Source: Lama glama
Lineage: Eukaryota
DNA length: 64,000 nt
Direction: 5' to 3'
Assembly (NCBI GenBank): GCA_028534125.1
Contig: CM052816.1
Coordinates: 59,770,001 to 59,834,000, forward strand
The notes below the pieces were generated by a model, which saw only the letters and a list, made by a program, of their open reading frames with translations, was not told the origin of the DNA and made no database searches. Both the position numbers and the translations under genes were made by a program. Each line of letters starts with the position of its first letter. Position 1 is the stretch's first letter. Shown here piece by piece: positions 50,145 through 63,314 of this stretch.

Positions 50145-50455
50145 ATGTTTGGAATCCTCTGCAGCCATTAAAAGTAATGTCGTGAAAGGTTTTTAAAGAC
50201 ATGGGAATGTGTTCACTTCATGCTATTACTGTGAAAAGAGCAACTTACAAATGTGACCCTGTGAATATAGGGTATGATTACGATCTTTAAAAAGATGTAA
50301 AAGATGAGAAGGGATAAAAGACCTAATGCCAACATTAGAAAGGAAGATTAAAGGTTAGTTGTTTTTTTTGTTTTGTTTTGCTCTTTTTTGCCTATATACT
50401 TTTCTATATTTTCCAAATTTTCTAGAATAGAAATATATTACTTTGTAAAAAATAA
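50145..50455 (+). mobile_element. Old L1ME-like 3'UTR fragment
   Basis: tggaatcctctgcagccattaaaa...gacatgggaatgtgttcac...tattttccaaattttcta...tattactttgtaa. Confidence 0.6.
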
Positions 50456-51082
50456 AGAAGACTCAACTCCCAACAGATACTATTTTTAAGGTTGTTCTCT
50501 AAGCTATGATAGATTAGCCTTTATTCCCTGATATCAATTCAAAGCAACAGATACTTTTCAATACATCCCTTCACCTTGCCATGTTGGGATGAAGTCTAAA
50601 CAGAAACTGTCCACCCATGCCACATTTTTCTCAAACCAAAATCTTACATGTACCTTGATCTTCTTTATTACATATTTAGAAAACTTATCCAGAAGGGGGA
50701 AAAGACACTGCCCAATCAGTTCTGCTTTTTCTCAAAGCTTCTACAGGAAGATTTATTAAAAGAGGTTGCTGTGGGTCAAGGGGTCACTTTCTTTGAGAAT
50801 GCTTTTCCCTCTCTGTCCCTGACACCAAGAAGGAAAGAAGTAACAACTGGCAATCATACTGTGCTCAGAGCTGTCAAAGTACCTTCACAAGTAATTAAAA
50901 AATGCAAAGAGAAACTCTCTCCAGAACAGTCTGATGCCCTGGTGACAAACACATCCCGTACCTAAGTGCATCCTACCTTGGGTCACAAGTGGCAGCAAAG
51001 AGGATCCCAGAGGCACACACATGATAAGAGAACTCACTGTGGCGCAGTCCTGACTTTAGCCCAGGCACTATTCTAATCACTT

Positions 51083-51886
51083 TGTTGCTGAGACTCTACC
51101 TCTGTATCCCACTTACTGAACTGGGACTAGAGGACAGAGTTTTGGATGAAATAGAAAAGGCAGCTTTACTTCTTTGTGAGGCAAAGGAGCCACAGTGGGC
51201 TAATTCCTTCAAGACTGTGAACCCACTGAGGAGAAAAGGTAGGGGGTTTTATAGTAAAAGTTCAAGAGTTCAAGGGGCAGCGCTGGTTTCCACAGAGACT
51301 GCATCCAGGGTAACAAATTGGTTTTGCAGATGCAGTGACCCCCTTCCCTCTGTTCGCCTCTGGCTTTGGGACCCTTCTAATATTCTTGTGCCTACAACAA
51401 AGGGTGCTTAGGAAAGGGGTCTGTGAAAAGGTGCTCTAGAGAAGAATGTGCGCACTTTAAATGTCTGTAGTATTTTAGGCAGGCTGAGGCTTGGGACCTT
51501 GCTGCAGGCTGGGACCTGTACCTTGTACAACAGAATACTAAGAAGCTGTAAGAGGCTAAAAATAACTGCAGACATGGGCAGGTAGGGTGAGTTCACAAAA
51601 CACCCAACTGCCATTTCTGAGTTGTCAGAAGCAAAAGGAGGGCACTGTGTCAGGAGCAAAGAGAAGACACTGTGCATGATCCCTGCACACAGCACCCTGA
51701 GGGGGTTGGGTAGACCACCCAAGCCACCACCCCCACCCTAACCTTGGTCAGCAAGAATACAAGAAAAGCCATGTAAACTATTACACAATTTAAAAAAATA
51801 ATAAAATAATAAACAAACTGTTATACAATAAAGCACTTACAAATACCATATGGTCACCGATGACAACAGGGTCCTGCTCAGTTACT
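51083..51886 (-). mobile_element. ERV1-type solo LTR (cetartiodactyl-like), interrupted
   Basis: Left end tgttgctgag with gacagagttttggatgaaatagaaaaggcagcttta...ggcaaagg. Right end gggtcctgctcagttac is the reverse complement of the LTR start gtaactgagcaggaccc. Flanks actt/acct. Confidence 0.6.
51466..51745 (+). mobile_element. Second ERV1-type LTR fragment (U3 part) nested in the previous LTR
   Basis: Starts tgtagtattttaggcagg and contains ctaaaaataactgc, cccaactgccatttctgag and ccctgcacacagcacc. Stops before TATA/R/U5. Confidence 0.6.
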
Positions 51887-51947
51887 ACCTGACATACAGT
51901 ATGTAGCCCTTATGACAATCCTGGCAGGAAGGTATCATTATTTGTAT

Positions 51948-52167
51948 CAGGGGTCAGCACACTATAGCCCATAGGCCAAATCGAGCCAAATGCTTTTTTC
52001 TGTAAATAAAGTTGTATTGGAACCCAGCCACTACCATTTGTTTTTCATCTATGACTATTTTTCCACTATAATTGCAGAATTGAGTATTTACAACAGAGAC
52101 CATTTTCCCTGCAAAACCTAAAATGTTTATTATTTGGCCCCTCACAGAAAATGTTTGCCAAGTCCTG
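51948..52167 (+). mobile_element. MER58A-like hAT-Charlie MITE inserted in a MIR
   Basis: Terminal inverted repeats caggggtcagcacact / tgtttgccaagtcctg. Internal gtaaataaagttgtattggaacccagccac and aaacctaaaatgtttattatttggccc. Confidence 0.85.
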
Positions 52168-53264
52168 ATCTACATGATACCTATGAAGAAAATGAGGTTC
52201 AAGGAAGTTCAATAACATCTCAGTATCACTTAGCTAACTCCTGGCAGGGCCAAGATATAAACACGAGTCTAATCTTACTTTAAGCCCATGTTCTTTTCAT
52301 TTCTCCAAATCAGAAATCAAAGAGTAAGTCCCCAACTTTCAACAAAGTATGTGTGGCACATCACAAGCTCAGAAAGATGAGAAATGAAAAACTGTGCTAT
52401 TAATTTTAAGACACATTATGAGACATAACTGTTGGATTCCTTAAACTATGTAAAGAATACCAGTGAACTATAAGTTATCTTTTTCTTTCAACGTCTAATT
52501 TAACTCTAGAGCAAAAATTATGAAACAGGCCAATTTAAAAAAAACAGTAGAATTTCACATGCAAAATTGCTAGTAAGTTTTATTGTATAGCTTTCACACT
52601 AAAAAAAAAAAAATCCTAAATTATTTGATATGTTACCTTAGTGTGACATGGTACCAACTGTATGAACTTGCTAGCTTCTCCTCAGCCTAGACAGGGAGGG
52701 TTAGGGAAACACGCTTAAAAGAAAAGTCTAATCTATTCTTCATTTTTAGCATGGCTATTATTTTAAACATCAGTTTCTCTTTCAAAATCTCTTTTCCTTA
52801 ACTTATTAACCACTCAATTAGCTGAGGCAGGGAGACCTGAAGAGATGTTTTGTAGGCACCTAATGGAAGAAATTTCCTCTGGAAGAAATGCTGACTTTTA
52901 CCTGCTCACACCACCTCACCCATTGGTGACATAAAAGTATGAGGCATTAAAAATGGAGATCAGAGCAGGGTGGTAGGCTGGTTCAGTTCACAACAGGGGC
53001 AGCAAGTGCAGGAAAGGCAGCATCTATCAGTCTTTCCTAGGCAGAGTCCAGCAGTTTTGTGGAGGATAAGTAAAGGAAAACCTAGGATTTGTCTTTGGTA
53101 TGCCCGGTGGTGAGAAGGATCTCGTTCATTTTGGTTCTTCCTGTGAATCCTCAAGGAAAATGCCATGATTCTGTTAAATTCCTTTACTGTTACAAAAAGA
53201 CATGGCGTTTTAGCCATCTTCTGGAAGGTCTGCAGAGGCAGAATGAAAATAGAGGACCTTTTTT

Positions 53265-54558
53265 ACAACATTATTTTATTCTTTTTATGGCTGAATAGTA
53301 TTCCACTACATCTATCTATCTGTATACACACACACACACACACGCACACACACACACAAATGTACATACACATACATACATACCATAGCTTCTTTACCCA
53401 GTCATCTGTCAATGGACATTTGGGTTGTTTCCATGTCTTGACTATTTATTGTAAATAGTGCTGCTGTGAATACTGGAGTGCATGTGTCTTTTTGAATTAT
53501 GTTAATGTCTGAGTATGAGCCCGGGAGGGGGACTGCTGGATCATAAGTCTATTTCTAGTTTTAAGGAACCTCCATACTATCCTCCATAGTCGCTGTGCCA
53601 ATTTACATTCCCACCAGCAGTAGAGGAGGATTCCCTTTTCTCCATAGCCTCTCCAGCATTTATTGTTAGTAGACTTTTTAATGATGGCCATTCTGACTGG
53701 TGTGAGGTGATATCTCACTGTAGGTTTGATTTGAATTTCTCTAACAATTAGTGATGTTGAACATATTTTCATGTGCTTGTTGGCTATCTGGATTTTTTTT
53801 TTTTTGGAGAGATGTCTATTTAGGTCTTTTGTCCATTTTTCGATTGGGTTGCTTGCTTTTTGATATTAAGCTGTGTGAGCTGTTTGTATATTTTGGAAAT
53901 TAGTCCCTTGTCAGTTGCATCATTTGCAAATATTTTCTCCCATTCTGTAGGCTGTCTTTTCATTTTGTTGATGGTATCCTTAGCTGTACAAAACTTTTAA
54001 GTTTAATTAGATACCATTTCTTTATTTTTACTTTTATTTCCATAACTCAAGGAGCTGGTTCAAAAAAATTGTTGCTGTGATTTATGTCAAAGAGGCTTCT
54101 GCCTATGTTTTCCTCTAGGAGTTTTATAGTATCAGGTGTTACATTTAGGTCTTTAATCCATTTTGAGTTTATTTTTGTATCTGGTGTTAGAGAATGTTCT
54201 AATTTCATTCTTTTACAGGTCGCTGTCCAGTTTTCCCAGTACCACCTGTTGAAGAGACTGTCATTTCTCCATTATATATTCGTGCCTCCTCTGTCATAGA
54301 TTAATTGACCATTAGTGTGTGGGTTTATTTCTGGACTTTCTATTCTGTTCCATTGATCTGTGTGTCTGCCTCTGTGCCAGTACTATACTGTAGCTTTGTA
54401 GTATAGCCTGAAGTTAGACAGCATGATTTCCCCAGCTCCATTCTTTCTCAAGATTGTTTTGGCTGCTTGGGATCTTTTGTGTTTCCATACAAATTTTAAT
54501 ATTTTTTATCCCAGCTCTGTGAAAAATATCAATGATAATTTGATAGGGATTACATTGA
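53265..54558 (-). mobile_element. Relatively young L1 ORF2 3' fragment lacking 3'UTR/poly(A)
   Basis: ORF 53497-53772(-) [42 protein letters not shown]...CWWECKL is L1 ORF2 C-terminus. (CA)n expansion at ~53326-53357. Confidence 0.9.
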
Positions 54559-54569
54559 AAAAGCCAGAT

Positions 54570-56030
54570 GTTTGTTTTAATTTTAAAGACACTATAAAAT
54601 TTTTCCAGAGGAGTTGTACCATTTTACATTCCCACCAACAGTACGTAGGGATTCCAGTTGCTCCACATCCTTGCCAGCATTTGGTATGGTTTGTCTTTTT
54701 AATTTCAGTCATTCTGACAGATGTGTAGTGGTATGGCCTTTATTTTTAATTTACATTTCCCAATGACAAATGATGCTGAATATCTTTTCATGTGTTTGTC
54801 TTCTGTATATCTTCTTTGGCCAAGGGTCTGGTCATATCTTTTGCCTATTGTTTAGGTGGGTTCTTTGTCTTCTTAGTATTGAGTTTTGTGATTTATCTAA
54901 AGATTGTGCTTTTAAGTCCTTTATCAGATATAGATTGGCACATATTTTCTTCCATTCTGTGGCTTTTAATTCTTTTAACAGTATCTTCTACGGGCACAAT
55001 TTTCTCGTTTTATGAAATCCAACTTCAAAGTTATTCTTTTATGGATTGTGTTTTGGTGTCAAAGCTAAAGAAATCTTTGACTCTCCTGAAGTTGCAAAGG
55101 TTTTTACTTATGTTTTCTTACAGAAGTCTTATAGATTAAGGTCTCACAATCCATTTTGAGTTTATGTTTGTATACAGTGTGAGATGTAGATATAAATTTT
55201 TTGTTTTGTGTATAAATATCCAATTGTTTAAAAGGATATTCTTTTTACAGTAAATTGCTATTACACTTTTCAAAAATCAGCTGTCCATATATATGTGGGT
55301 CTACTTCCATTCTCTCTGTTCTGGTCCAGTGGTCTATTTGTCAATCTTTATATCAGTGCTGCAGGACCTTGATCACTGTAGCTTTATAAAAATTTTAAAA
55401 TTAGATTGGGTTAGTCTTCCAACTTTATTCTTTTTGTCAAAGTTGTTTTGGCTATATTATATCCTTTGCATTTACATATGAATTTTAGAATTAACTTGCT
55501 AACTGCTAAGGTTTTGATTAGGACTGCATTAAATCTGTAGATCAATTTGGAAAGAAACAATACTGAGTAGCTTACTCATGAATATAATTTATCTCTTCAT
55601 TTACTTAGGTGTTCTTTAATATCTTTCTTATAAAAAGTATTATAATTTTCAGTATATAGATCTTTCTTATCTTCTGTCAGACTTATTCCTAAATATTTCA
55701 TTTTTTGATGCTAGTTTATTTATTTGTTTCTGATTGTCCCTTGCTAATATATAGAAATACAGTAGAATGTTTTTATTGATCTTGTATCCTTCAGCCTTTC
55801 TAAACTTATTTGTTAGTTCTAGTAGCTTTTTTTGTGGATTATATCAGATTTTCTACATAGTTGGTCATGTTTTCTATGAATAATTATGGTTTTACTTATT
55901 CCTTTTCAATCTAGATGCCTTTTTACTTCATTTATTCATTTATTTTTAGTTTTGCTGTACTGTCTAGAACCTCCAGTACCATGTTGAACAGAATGGTGAG
56001 AGCAGAATCCTTGATGTTCTCCTGATCTTA
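54570..56030 (-). mobile_element. Older L1M ORF2 fragment
   Basis: TKCWQGCGATGIPTYCWWECKMVQLLWK (54712-54600 region) repeats the same ORF2 segment in a more diverged copy. Ends near tctagaacctccagtaccatgttgaa...cctgatctta. Confidence 0.85.
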
Positions 56031-56789
56031 TTCTTATAGGTCATTTTTAAAGCAGTTTTTAAAGTAGAAAGAAGAAAAATGCAAGAATGCATTATCATTT
56101 AAGTAAAAAGTTTTAGTAAGAAGCAAAAAGACCAGGGCAAGGAAAGCACCAGAAGGTGGGGATAAGATTTAGGTAAGTTCTGTCAAGTACTGTTCCAGCA
56201 TTTGGGGGAATTTTATGTAGGTAAATTACACTTGGAATTGCCATAGATGGGCACCAATACGGACAACCTGTAGAGAAATGACCACAACCTGACCCCTCTA
56301 GTGTTCATGGATTTGTCCTTCCAATGCACTCTTGCATCATGATGGTGGAGACTCTGATACTCATAGTAATCATTTATTTATCAGCCAGTGAGATTGAAAA
56401 TATGCCTCAAATCCTTAGTTGCAATCTCTAGGTTTCTGGCACCTGATCCAACTTTTGAACATTACTAAGAAGTAAAAGTACACATGGATAAAGAGATCCA
56501 AAAGAAAGTAAACATCTCCATACCCTAGATCCAGCATGAACTTATTTCTTACCCAACACAGCTTGATTATGGATTTGTTGTTCCCAGTGCTTTGTATGAT
56601 AGTACCCCAAGAAAAACAAATTGAGTTTCAGTTAAAATAATTCTGCTTGGAACTGAATCATACCTGTTTTGAAAACATAGGCAAAGTCTCATAGTCTTTG
56701 CAGAGATTTTGCTGCATGCATTTCATTGTATAATGACAAGAGAACTCAAATATCATCAGTTTGTATTCATGCAGTCAAGTTAAGCCTGG

Positions 56790-57230
56790 TGCTACAAAAA
56801 GAGTACTCAATCAGGAATCAGAATATTTGGATTTTAAGTTCCTAAGACTTAAACACAGAGCAAATACAGAGAGGCAGATGTGAGCAGTGGGAAAGGACAC
56901 TGGAGTCTCTGGAGTCAGAGGGGAGGGAAGAAGAGAGAGAACGATGACAGAAGGGGTCACAACTACCTAGAAGGTTTATATGCGTGAGATCTGAGAGGTA
57001 GAGTGAGGGTGAAGGACTTGGGCACTGCAGTAGGAGAGACACAGTTTTCGGTTCTGGCTCGACTATTTCCTAGTTGTTGTGTTAAATAAGGTTTTTTGTT
57101 TGTTTGTTTGTTTTTTACTTCTCTTGACTTTGTTTGTCATTCTTTAAATTGGGATGATAATAATAATTTCTTCCACATATGATTTCTGTGTGGCTTAAAT
57201 GATGCCACATAAATGTGCAAACACCATATA
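56790..57230 (+). mobile_element. MIR-derived fragments (several heads plus one core)
   Basis: caggaatcagaatatttggatt, ggacactggagtctctggagtcaga and ttaaattgggatgataataataa. Confidence 0.45.
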
Positions 57231-57280
57231 AACATGCCAGGGATAAGAAAGTATAATCTGACAACATTAGGGTGGAGGTG

Positions 57281-58146
57281 ATTCATTCAACAAATGCTTA
57301 TTGAGCACCTACTATGTACTAACACTGTTCCAGGCATTTAGGGTACATTAGTGAACCAAAGAGGAAAGTCTCTACCTTCATGATGCTTACAGCCTAGTAG
57401 GGTGTTGAACAGTGAACATAATAAATGAATAAATGGTACAAGGTGATCCAAAGTAGGAAGTATTCAGAAGGAAACAAGCAGAGCAAGTAAGATGTTAAGA
57501 GGAATTGAGAGCTTCCGGGAGGCTCAGTTATCACAACAAACAGGAAGGTCAGGGCAGGCTTCACTGCTAAGGCAATGTTTAAGAAAAGACAATGTGAGAA
57601 AGCGAGGGAGTGGGCTCCATGGGAAGAGTATTCCAGGCAAAGGAACAGCAGTGCAAGGCACTAAGGTAGTAGTGTGCCCTAAGTGCTGAAAGAACAAGTT
57701 CAGACTTGTAAAGGAAGAGGTTAGGGGCCAGGTCATGAGAGCTCTGTCGGCCCTGATGAGGACTTTGGCTTTTCCTCTGAGTGATAATGGGAAGCCATTG
57801 GAGGGTGTGGCATAGAGAACTTGATTCGATTTATGTTTGAAAGGCTCCTTAGGCTGAGGATAAACTCTAGAGTTCTGTGGCTGTCAGTAGGGAGGCTACT
57901 GCTGTAATATAGGGAGAGGTGTGAGCTCAGATCCAGGAAGTGATGAAAAGTATTTTGAAGGTAATATTTTTCAGGATTCTTTTGCAAGAATTGGACGTAA
58001 ATTGTAAGAGAAAGTGAAGAATCAGGATGACATGGAGGTTTTCAGCCAAAGTAATGGGAAGGCTGGATTTGCCATCAGTGAGACAGAGTACAGGCTTTAC
58101 AAGTTCAATATGAGGCAGGTTATGCTTGAGATGTCTATTAGTCATA
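57281..58146 (-). mobile_element. L2a LINE 3' portion
   Basis: attcattcaacaaatgcttattgagcacctactatgt tail, plus attccaggcaaaggaacagc, gggaagccattggaggg and ttgagatgtctattag. Confidence 0.9.
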
Positions 58147-61100
58147 TCTATTCATTTTTGTGATGCGCAAGTGTAATAAAGTATGTAATCTGAATGAATC
58201 TTTAAGAGGTACCTATGTAAGGGAGAAGCAGACAGGGTAGGTTGTTCAGACAGAATTTGCCTGCAGGGAATTCACCTTCAGGCCAGAGCATGTGAGGTCA
58301 CTGCTTCAACGCATTACCCATTACCTGCTTCCTCTCTCTACTGTCACTGTTTACACTTAGAAGTATTTTAAAAGTTATGTGAAGTCCCAAGGCTTCCAGA
58401 TTTTCTTTCCACTTTTCCTGCTACATCTCACCTAAAATGCTCTTTCCAAGCTTTTTTCCTAATGTGAAAAGCACAAGAGTGAGGTTTGGCTGTTACCTAG
58501 CTGAGTGTCAACAGGAGTCTTGGACCACGTGACAGCTCACCTCCAAGTCATCACTACAAATATGATCACGTGGTCACCTTATACCAGGACTGAGCCAGGC
58601 ACTAGACAAAACACCATTTCCTTTCTCCTACCCCCTCCCCATGGCTGATGCAACTGGGTATGCTCTGCTGGATCTGTCACGGGCCAGGGTCTCACTTCAG
58701 CTACCTTGTTGAGAGGCCTGCCCTGGGTAATGGTCCAGGGATGTGTGGCAGATGCTCCTGTCTATAAGAAGGAGGCCCTGCAGAGCACATTAGATGAGGC
58801 AGCCCCACGTTCTATCAGCCACACAGATTATTTAAAAAGGTGATCAATCGTCTAGAGGTTCCTGATGACCACTGCGCTCTTGAAATCTGGGCAAGAGGAA
58901 ATAGTGACAGTGACATTTATGGTGTTTCCCACAGCAGTGCTGAGGGCAAACTGCCAGTGAGCCTTGTCTCTTGAGGGTGGCAGATGTGCATCTTTAGGAT
59001 TCGTACCATCAAGAACCAGGGCGATGCCCTCCTGTCTCTCTGTTCTGTTTTAATGTCCTCCTCCTCTAAACCATGTCCCTGGCATGAGAGCAGGCTCTGG
59101 GGAGCCACCCAGGGAAACTACGATGTCACTGTTTTATTTCCTCTTCCCCATTCATTCATTTAAAGACACCCATCACCTGAAAAGCCAATTTCTGACTCAT
59201 TTTTTGCTTATCAACCAAAAACATTTTTCTGACATTGTTCATAAGATACTTGGACTGAAAAACAGTGATAAAAGTCAGAATAAAGTTTATCCTGAGATTC
59301 AAAATAAATGAACAGATATAATTTCCAACTTAAAAATCAAACTGCTTCTTTGAAATCTATTTAGGGGTAGGAGGAGACATCACTATTCTGCTTCAGTGCC
59401 TTAGGACTTAAAAGGGATATACTGGGCTCTATAATTTAACAGCCAAATCTGACATTCATATCCATCTGGACATTTTTAAAAGGATCCTTGAGCCAGTGAG
59501 AATTGGCAGTTGGCTGTGTAATCACACCTGCATATGGCACAAGAGGTTTTTTTTAAATGGGCAACAGTTAGAGCATTAAAGTATTGCATGATATGCCTTC
59601 GTTGAGACCCCACACTTAAACATGTTTCCACGTGTGAGTAATTATATTTTAAAGCTGTCTGTTAACAAGCCTTTGTTCTTTATTTCCTCCAAATCAAATT
59701 AGTTGGGGGCCCAGTTCATTCTGAAATTATTTGGAAAATGTTTTGGCATTCTAAAATTTCCTTTGTACCAAAGTTTTGCAAAGTTAAAAAGCAAGCCACA
59801 AACCTCCACAACCAGTGAAAGAAAAATGCATAAAACCAACGACAAATTCAATATGGTAAACACCCACACAATATAAGAAGAGTGTAAGTAAAGCTTGGGT
59901 CTCTAACTAAGCACGTTTCAACCTCCATGTGAGATTTAGCTCCAACTCCCTGCAGATGAAGATCATCTTTAATGCTTCTACATCCGAGAGCCTGGCTTCA
60001 GGAAGTCCAATTCAGGTTGCCAGTTCTTTCTTCCTACCTTCCCTGTGAGCACAAGTCTAACCGCACAAACCCCAGCACCCTCTGGGAGTGAAGCTGATGT
60101 ACAGTGGAGCTACTCTTTTAAGATGATTTTCAGAGGAAGATCAAAGGTGATTAGAAATGGAGCCTCCGTCCTTGGGAGATCCCAAGTAAAAAATTCTCTT
60201 CAACTACCTACCCTCCTACCTTTACTGGAGCCCAGTTTGGGAAAGGCAGTGAGACTATCTACAGAAAACACTCGGGATGGACCACCGATTGTGGCTACTC
60301 TGCTTCTTCAGAATAACAGTCACAGCGTGAAAATTCTATACAGAGCGGCCAGTCATCCCTATGTGGGAGATTCCATCTAAACAGCTTTTGGGGACTAAGC
60401 AGCTTTAATAACTTCCAACTACCAACATGGAAGAGGATATCCAAGAACACACGGAAAATTAAAAATTATATTTAAAATGCAGGGTGGGGGCCTACAGGCA
60501 AGTTTCACCTCATGTGTGCAGGGAATCTGTGGCTGCTTTGGTCGTGCTGGGAATTTCCTCTTCCCCAGTCTCCTCCTCACCCTCCTCCTTTTTTGCTTTC
60601 TAGCTTCCTATTCGTTTCCTGGCTAGACAATCCATTTCTGACAACAAAAGCCACTTTCACCCTTTCTGTGCAGAAAACACTCTTGAAAAATCAGAGCTGC
60701 CTAATGTCAAAGACTATAGTCATCACAAACATCACTTGAAAATAAAATTATTTCTTACTAAATTTAGTTGTCTTTTTTTAGATAGATGTAAAGCAGATAC
60801 ATGAATTTATAGGATCAAACTCATGCTTGGTTTGGACTCCTGAAATAAGTGAAAAAAATCATTTTATATTTCTTAGCCAGGCAGTGAAGATTTGGATGGG
60901 ACAAGTGTCAGTGCACAAGATTTTGTAATCATCACAAAGATGACTTGAACATTCAAACCTAGGAAGGATGTGCCCTGGTGGGAGGGTTGGGGATAACATT
61001 AGGAAAAGAGCTGGTCTTAAAGAGTTTGGATTGCGTAGTGGTTTTCCTATGACTAATTTTTGTTTCTGGTGACAAAACTCCAATTTTTAAATGGAAAGAA

Positions 61101-61190
61101 AGAGGCTCATATTAACAAAACATGGCACAATTCAGTCACTTTATGAACAAGCAATGATTGACAGGGACATGAATTTACATCTTACACAAA

Positions 61191-61670
61191 TGGATCAGTC
61201 AGAATTCAGATAACAAAACCACTTTAGATGTTTTAAGTGGAAAAGGACTTAAGAGGAACTAAATGCTTACAAAATGGGTAGAAGGGCTCTAGGCTGATTT
61301 CTGCATAGGCGACTTATAGAACAACATGGCAGAACCTGCTCACCAGGGACACTGTTTTCCATTATCACCAGGTACCCAGGAAATCAGGGAGCTTCTGTTC
61401 CAACTGCAGACTCTAGTTCCACTGCACCTCTGCTGAGGTCCAGCCCAGCAAAATGTATACCCTGCCTTCTGATATCTGGGCAACTAGAGATGAACACTGG
61501 GATGATTGAACTGCTTCTACAGGAAAATCATGACTGTGGACCAACAGTCAGACTCTGCTTCACGTGTGCCTCCCAAATTGTGCTCAGATACATTTACTTG
61601 GAGGAAGTTAGGTCACTTGAGATATAAGATAGGTAGAAAATATGTATTTTGTTTCCCAGTCACCAGCATG
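61191..61670 (-). mobile_element. Old ERVL-MaLR LTR (MLT1M/N/O-like)
   Basis: tggatcagtcagaattcag...aaaccactttagatgttttaag...tgcttacaaaatgggtagaagggct...ttaggtcac. Confidence 0.55.
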
Positions 61671-61679
61671 ATATATAAG

Positions 61680-62210
61680 GAGGTGGTTCTCAAACTCTGC
61701 TGCCTATTAGAACTACCTGGGAAGCTTTCAGAATCCAAATACCCAGGCTACACTTCACAACAAGTCAATTTAAATCTTTGGGGCTTCATTTTTTTAAAAA
61801 TATAAAACATCACAGGCAATTCCAATGTGCAGCCAGCACTGAACCAGAGACACAAGACATGGCTTGTCAAACTTCACTGTACACACGAATCACCTGGGTA
61901 TACTGTAAAAATGCACACTCTGATTCAGCTGATTTGAGTTGGAGCCCAAGAGTCTACATTTTTAATAAGCTCTCAGGTGATGCTAAGGCTGACGCAGATG
62001 GTACTTTCGGCAGTAGAGATGTACTGCAGTGGTTCTCAAATTGTAGTGTGTATCTGAGTCACCTGGAGGGTTTATCAAAACACAGATTGTTAAGGCCCAC
62101 TTCCAGAACTTCTGATTCAACAGGTCTGGAGTGGGGCCTGAGGATCTGAATTTCTAATATGTTCTTAGGTGATGCTGAAGCCACCTGTTCTGGAGACCAC
62201 AGCACCACTG
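61680..62210. mobile_element. Three tandem MER5-family hAT-Charlie MITEs
   Basis: Three same-orientation starts (gtggttctcaaact ~61683, atggcttgtcaaactt ~61859, cagtggttctcaaatt 62027). Each is followed by a cacctgg-type motif and an aggtgat/aggcaat-type motif. Confidence 0.8.
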
Positions 62211-63314
62211 ATGCAAAGTATGCTACAAGGGACTGGAATGATGTTGAATGAGCTGATTGCTGTATCTGCAACAGATGGAGACCATGTGGAGTTTCTAATG
62301 AATTCAAAGAGTTTATATTCCATTTGGATCCAACAGATAGAGAAAGACCCAGAGGAGAAAGTGAAATGCAATTACTTATGCCAAATCCAGTTACCTTTAT
62401 CTCTCTTCCTTCCATACATGGCATTACTGGTGAGTTTGCTGGAGAGACCTCACAGGAACACAGAGCTGGGTGGCAGAAGAAGGAAAAGGAAAGAGAGTAT
62501 ATTAGTTTTCTGTCTCAGTAAACAGACAGGACTGTTTACCGCCACATTTCACTCTTTGGATAATCCAGGGGAAAATAACTGAATGTTAGGTGGATGGCAA
62601 AGGGAAACAGTCTGTGGCTCATGTGATTCCCATGGGAAGAGATCTCAAGTGATACCCAGTTTACTGCTAGTTCGATAGACACACATCAGATGGGTACTGT
62701 GTCTTCACTGCAGAGCACTCTGAGAGGAAATTTTCCTGAATGCATCAGCAACTAACAGCTTTTTCAAAAAGAGTTTTATCATAAGCAAGGCAAATAAAAT
62801 TGTCATAAGGCAACAGCAATCTTCAAACAACATGTTTCATTGTATTTACTATATCTAATAGAGTTTCATTCAAAATTATAGTTTGGGATCACTACTTATA
62901 CTTTATTAGGATACCTTCTAACTCCCCATTTTCCCTCCTCCTACTCCACATTCACAGGGTACTGCACTCCCAAAATGGAGGTCCACCATCTCACTCATGG
63001 TTACGACATAAGCCAAATGAACCCGAGAATACTGTTACCTGAGGCTCCATGACCTCCATCTGTTGAGGAACTTGATACAGTCAAGCACCTGAACCAGTGC
63101 AACAGTCTTCATTAACAGAGGAGGAGACAATTCCAAGTGAGAAGCAGGTGTGACTGGTAGTCTCTGACACTTCTCTTGAGTTTCAGCTCAAAGTGACCAT
63201 AAAGTCGCCCCTAACTTGCCCCTAGGGATTTCAAAGCTTCTTCTCTGACACTAGTAGAAGGTCTATCAAAATTAGTGAAATGCAGGGCTTGGGAATGCAA
63301 AGACATATATGACA

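Noticed and set aside
60138..60147. Perfect TCF/LEF site AGATCAAAGG
   Set aside because: A single 10-mer can occur by chance in 64 kb. There is no clustering and no link to the retrocopy 15 kb away.
62169..62582. Longest ORF (137 aa) containing cadherin-like IAVSATDGD
   Set aside because: It starts inside a MER5 MITE and has no other cadherin motifs (PE, LDRE, DxNDN). Most likely coincidence.
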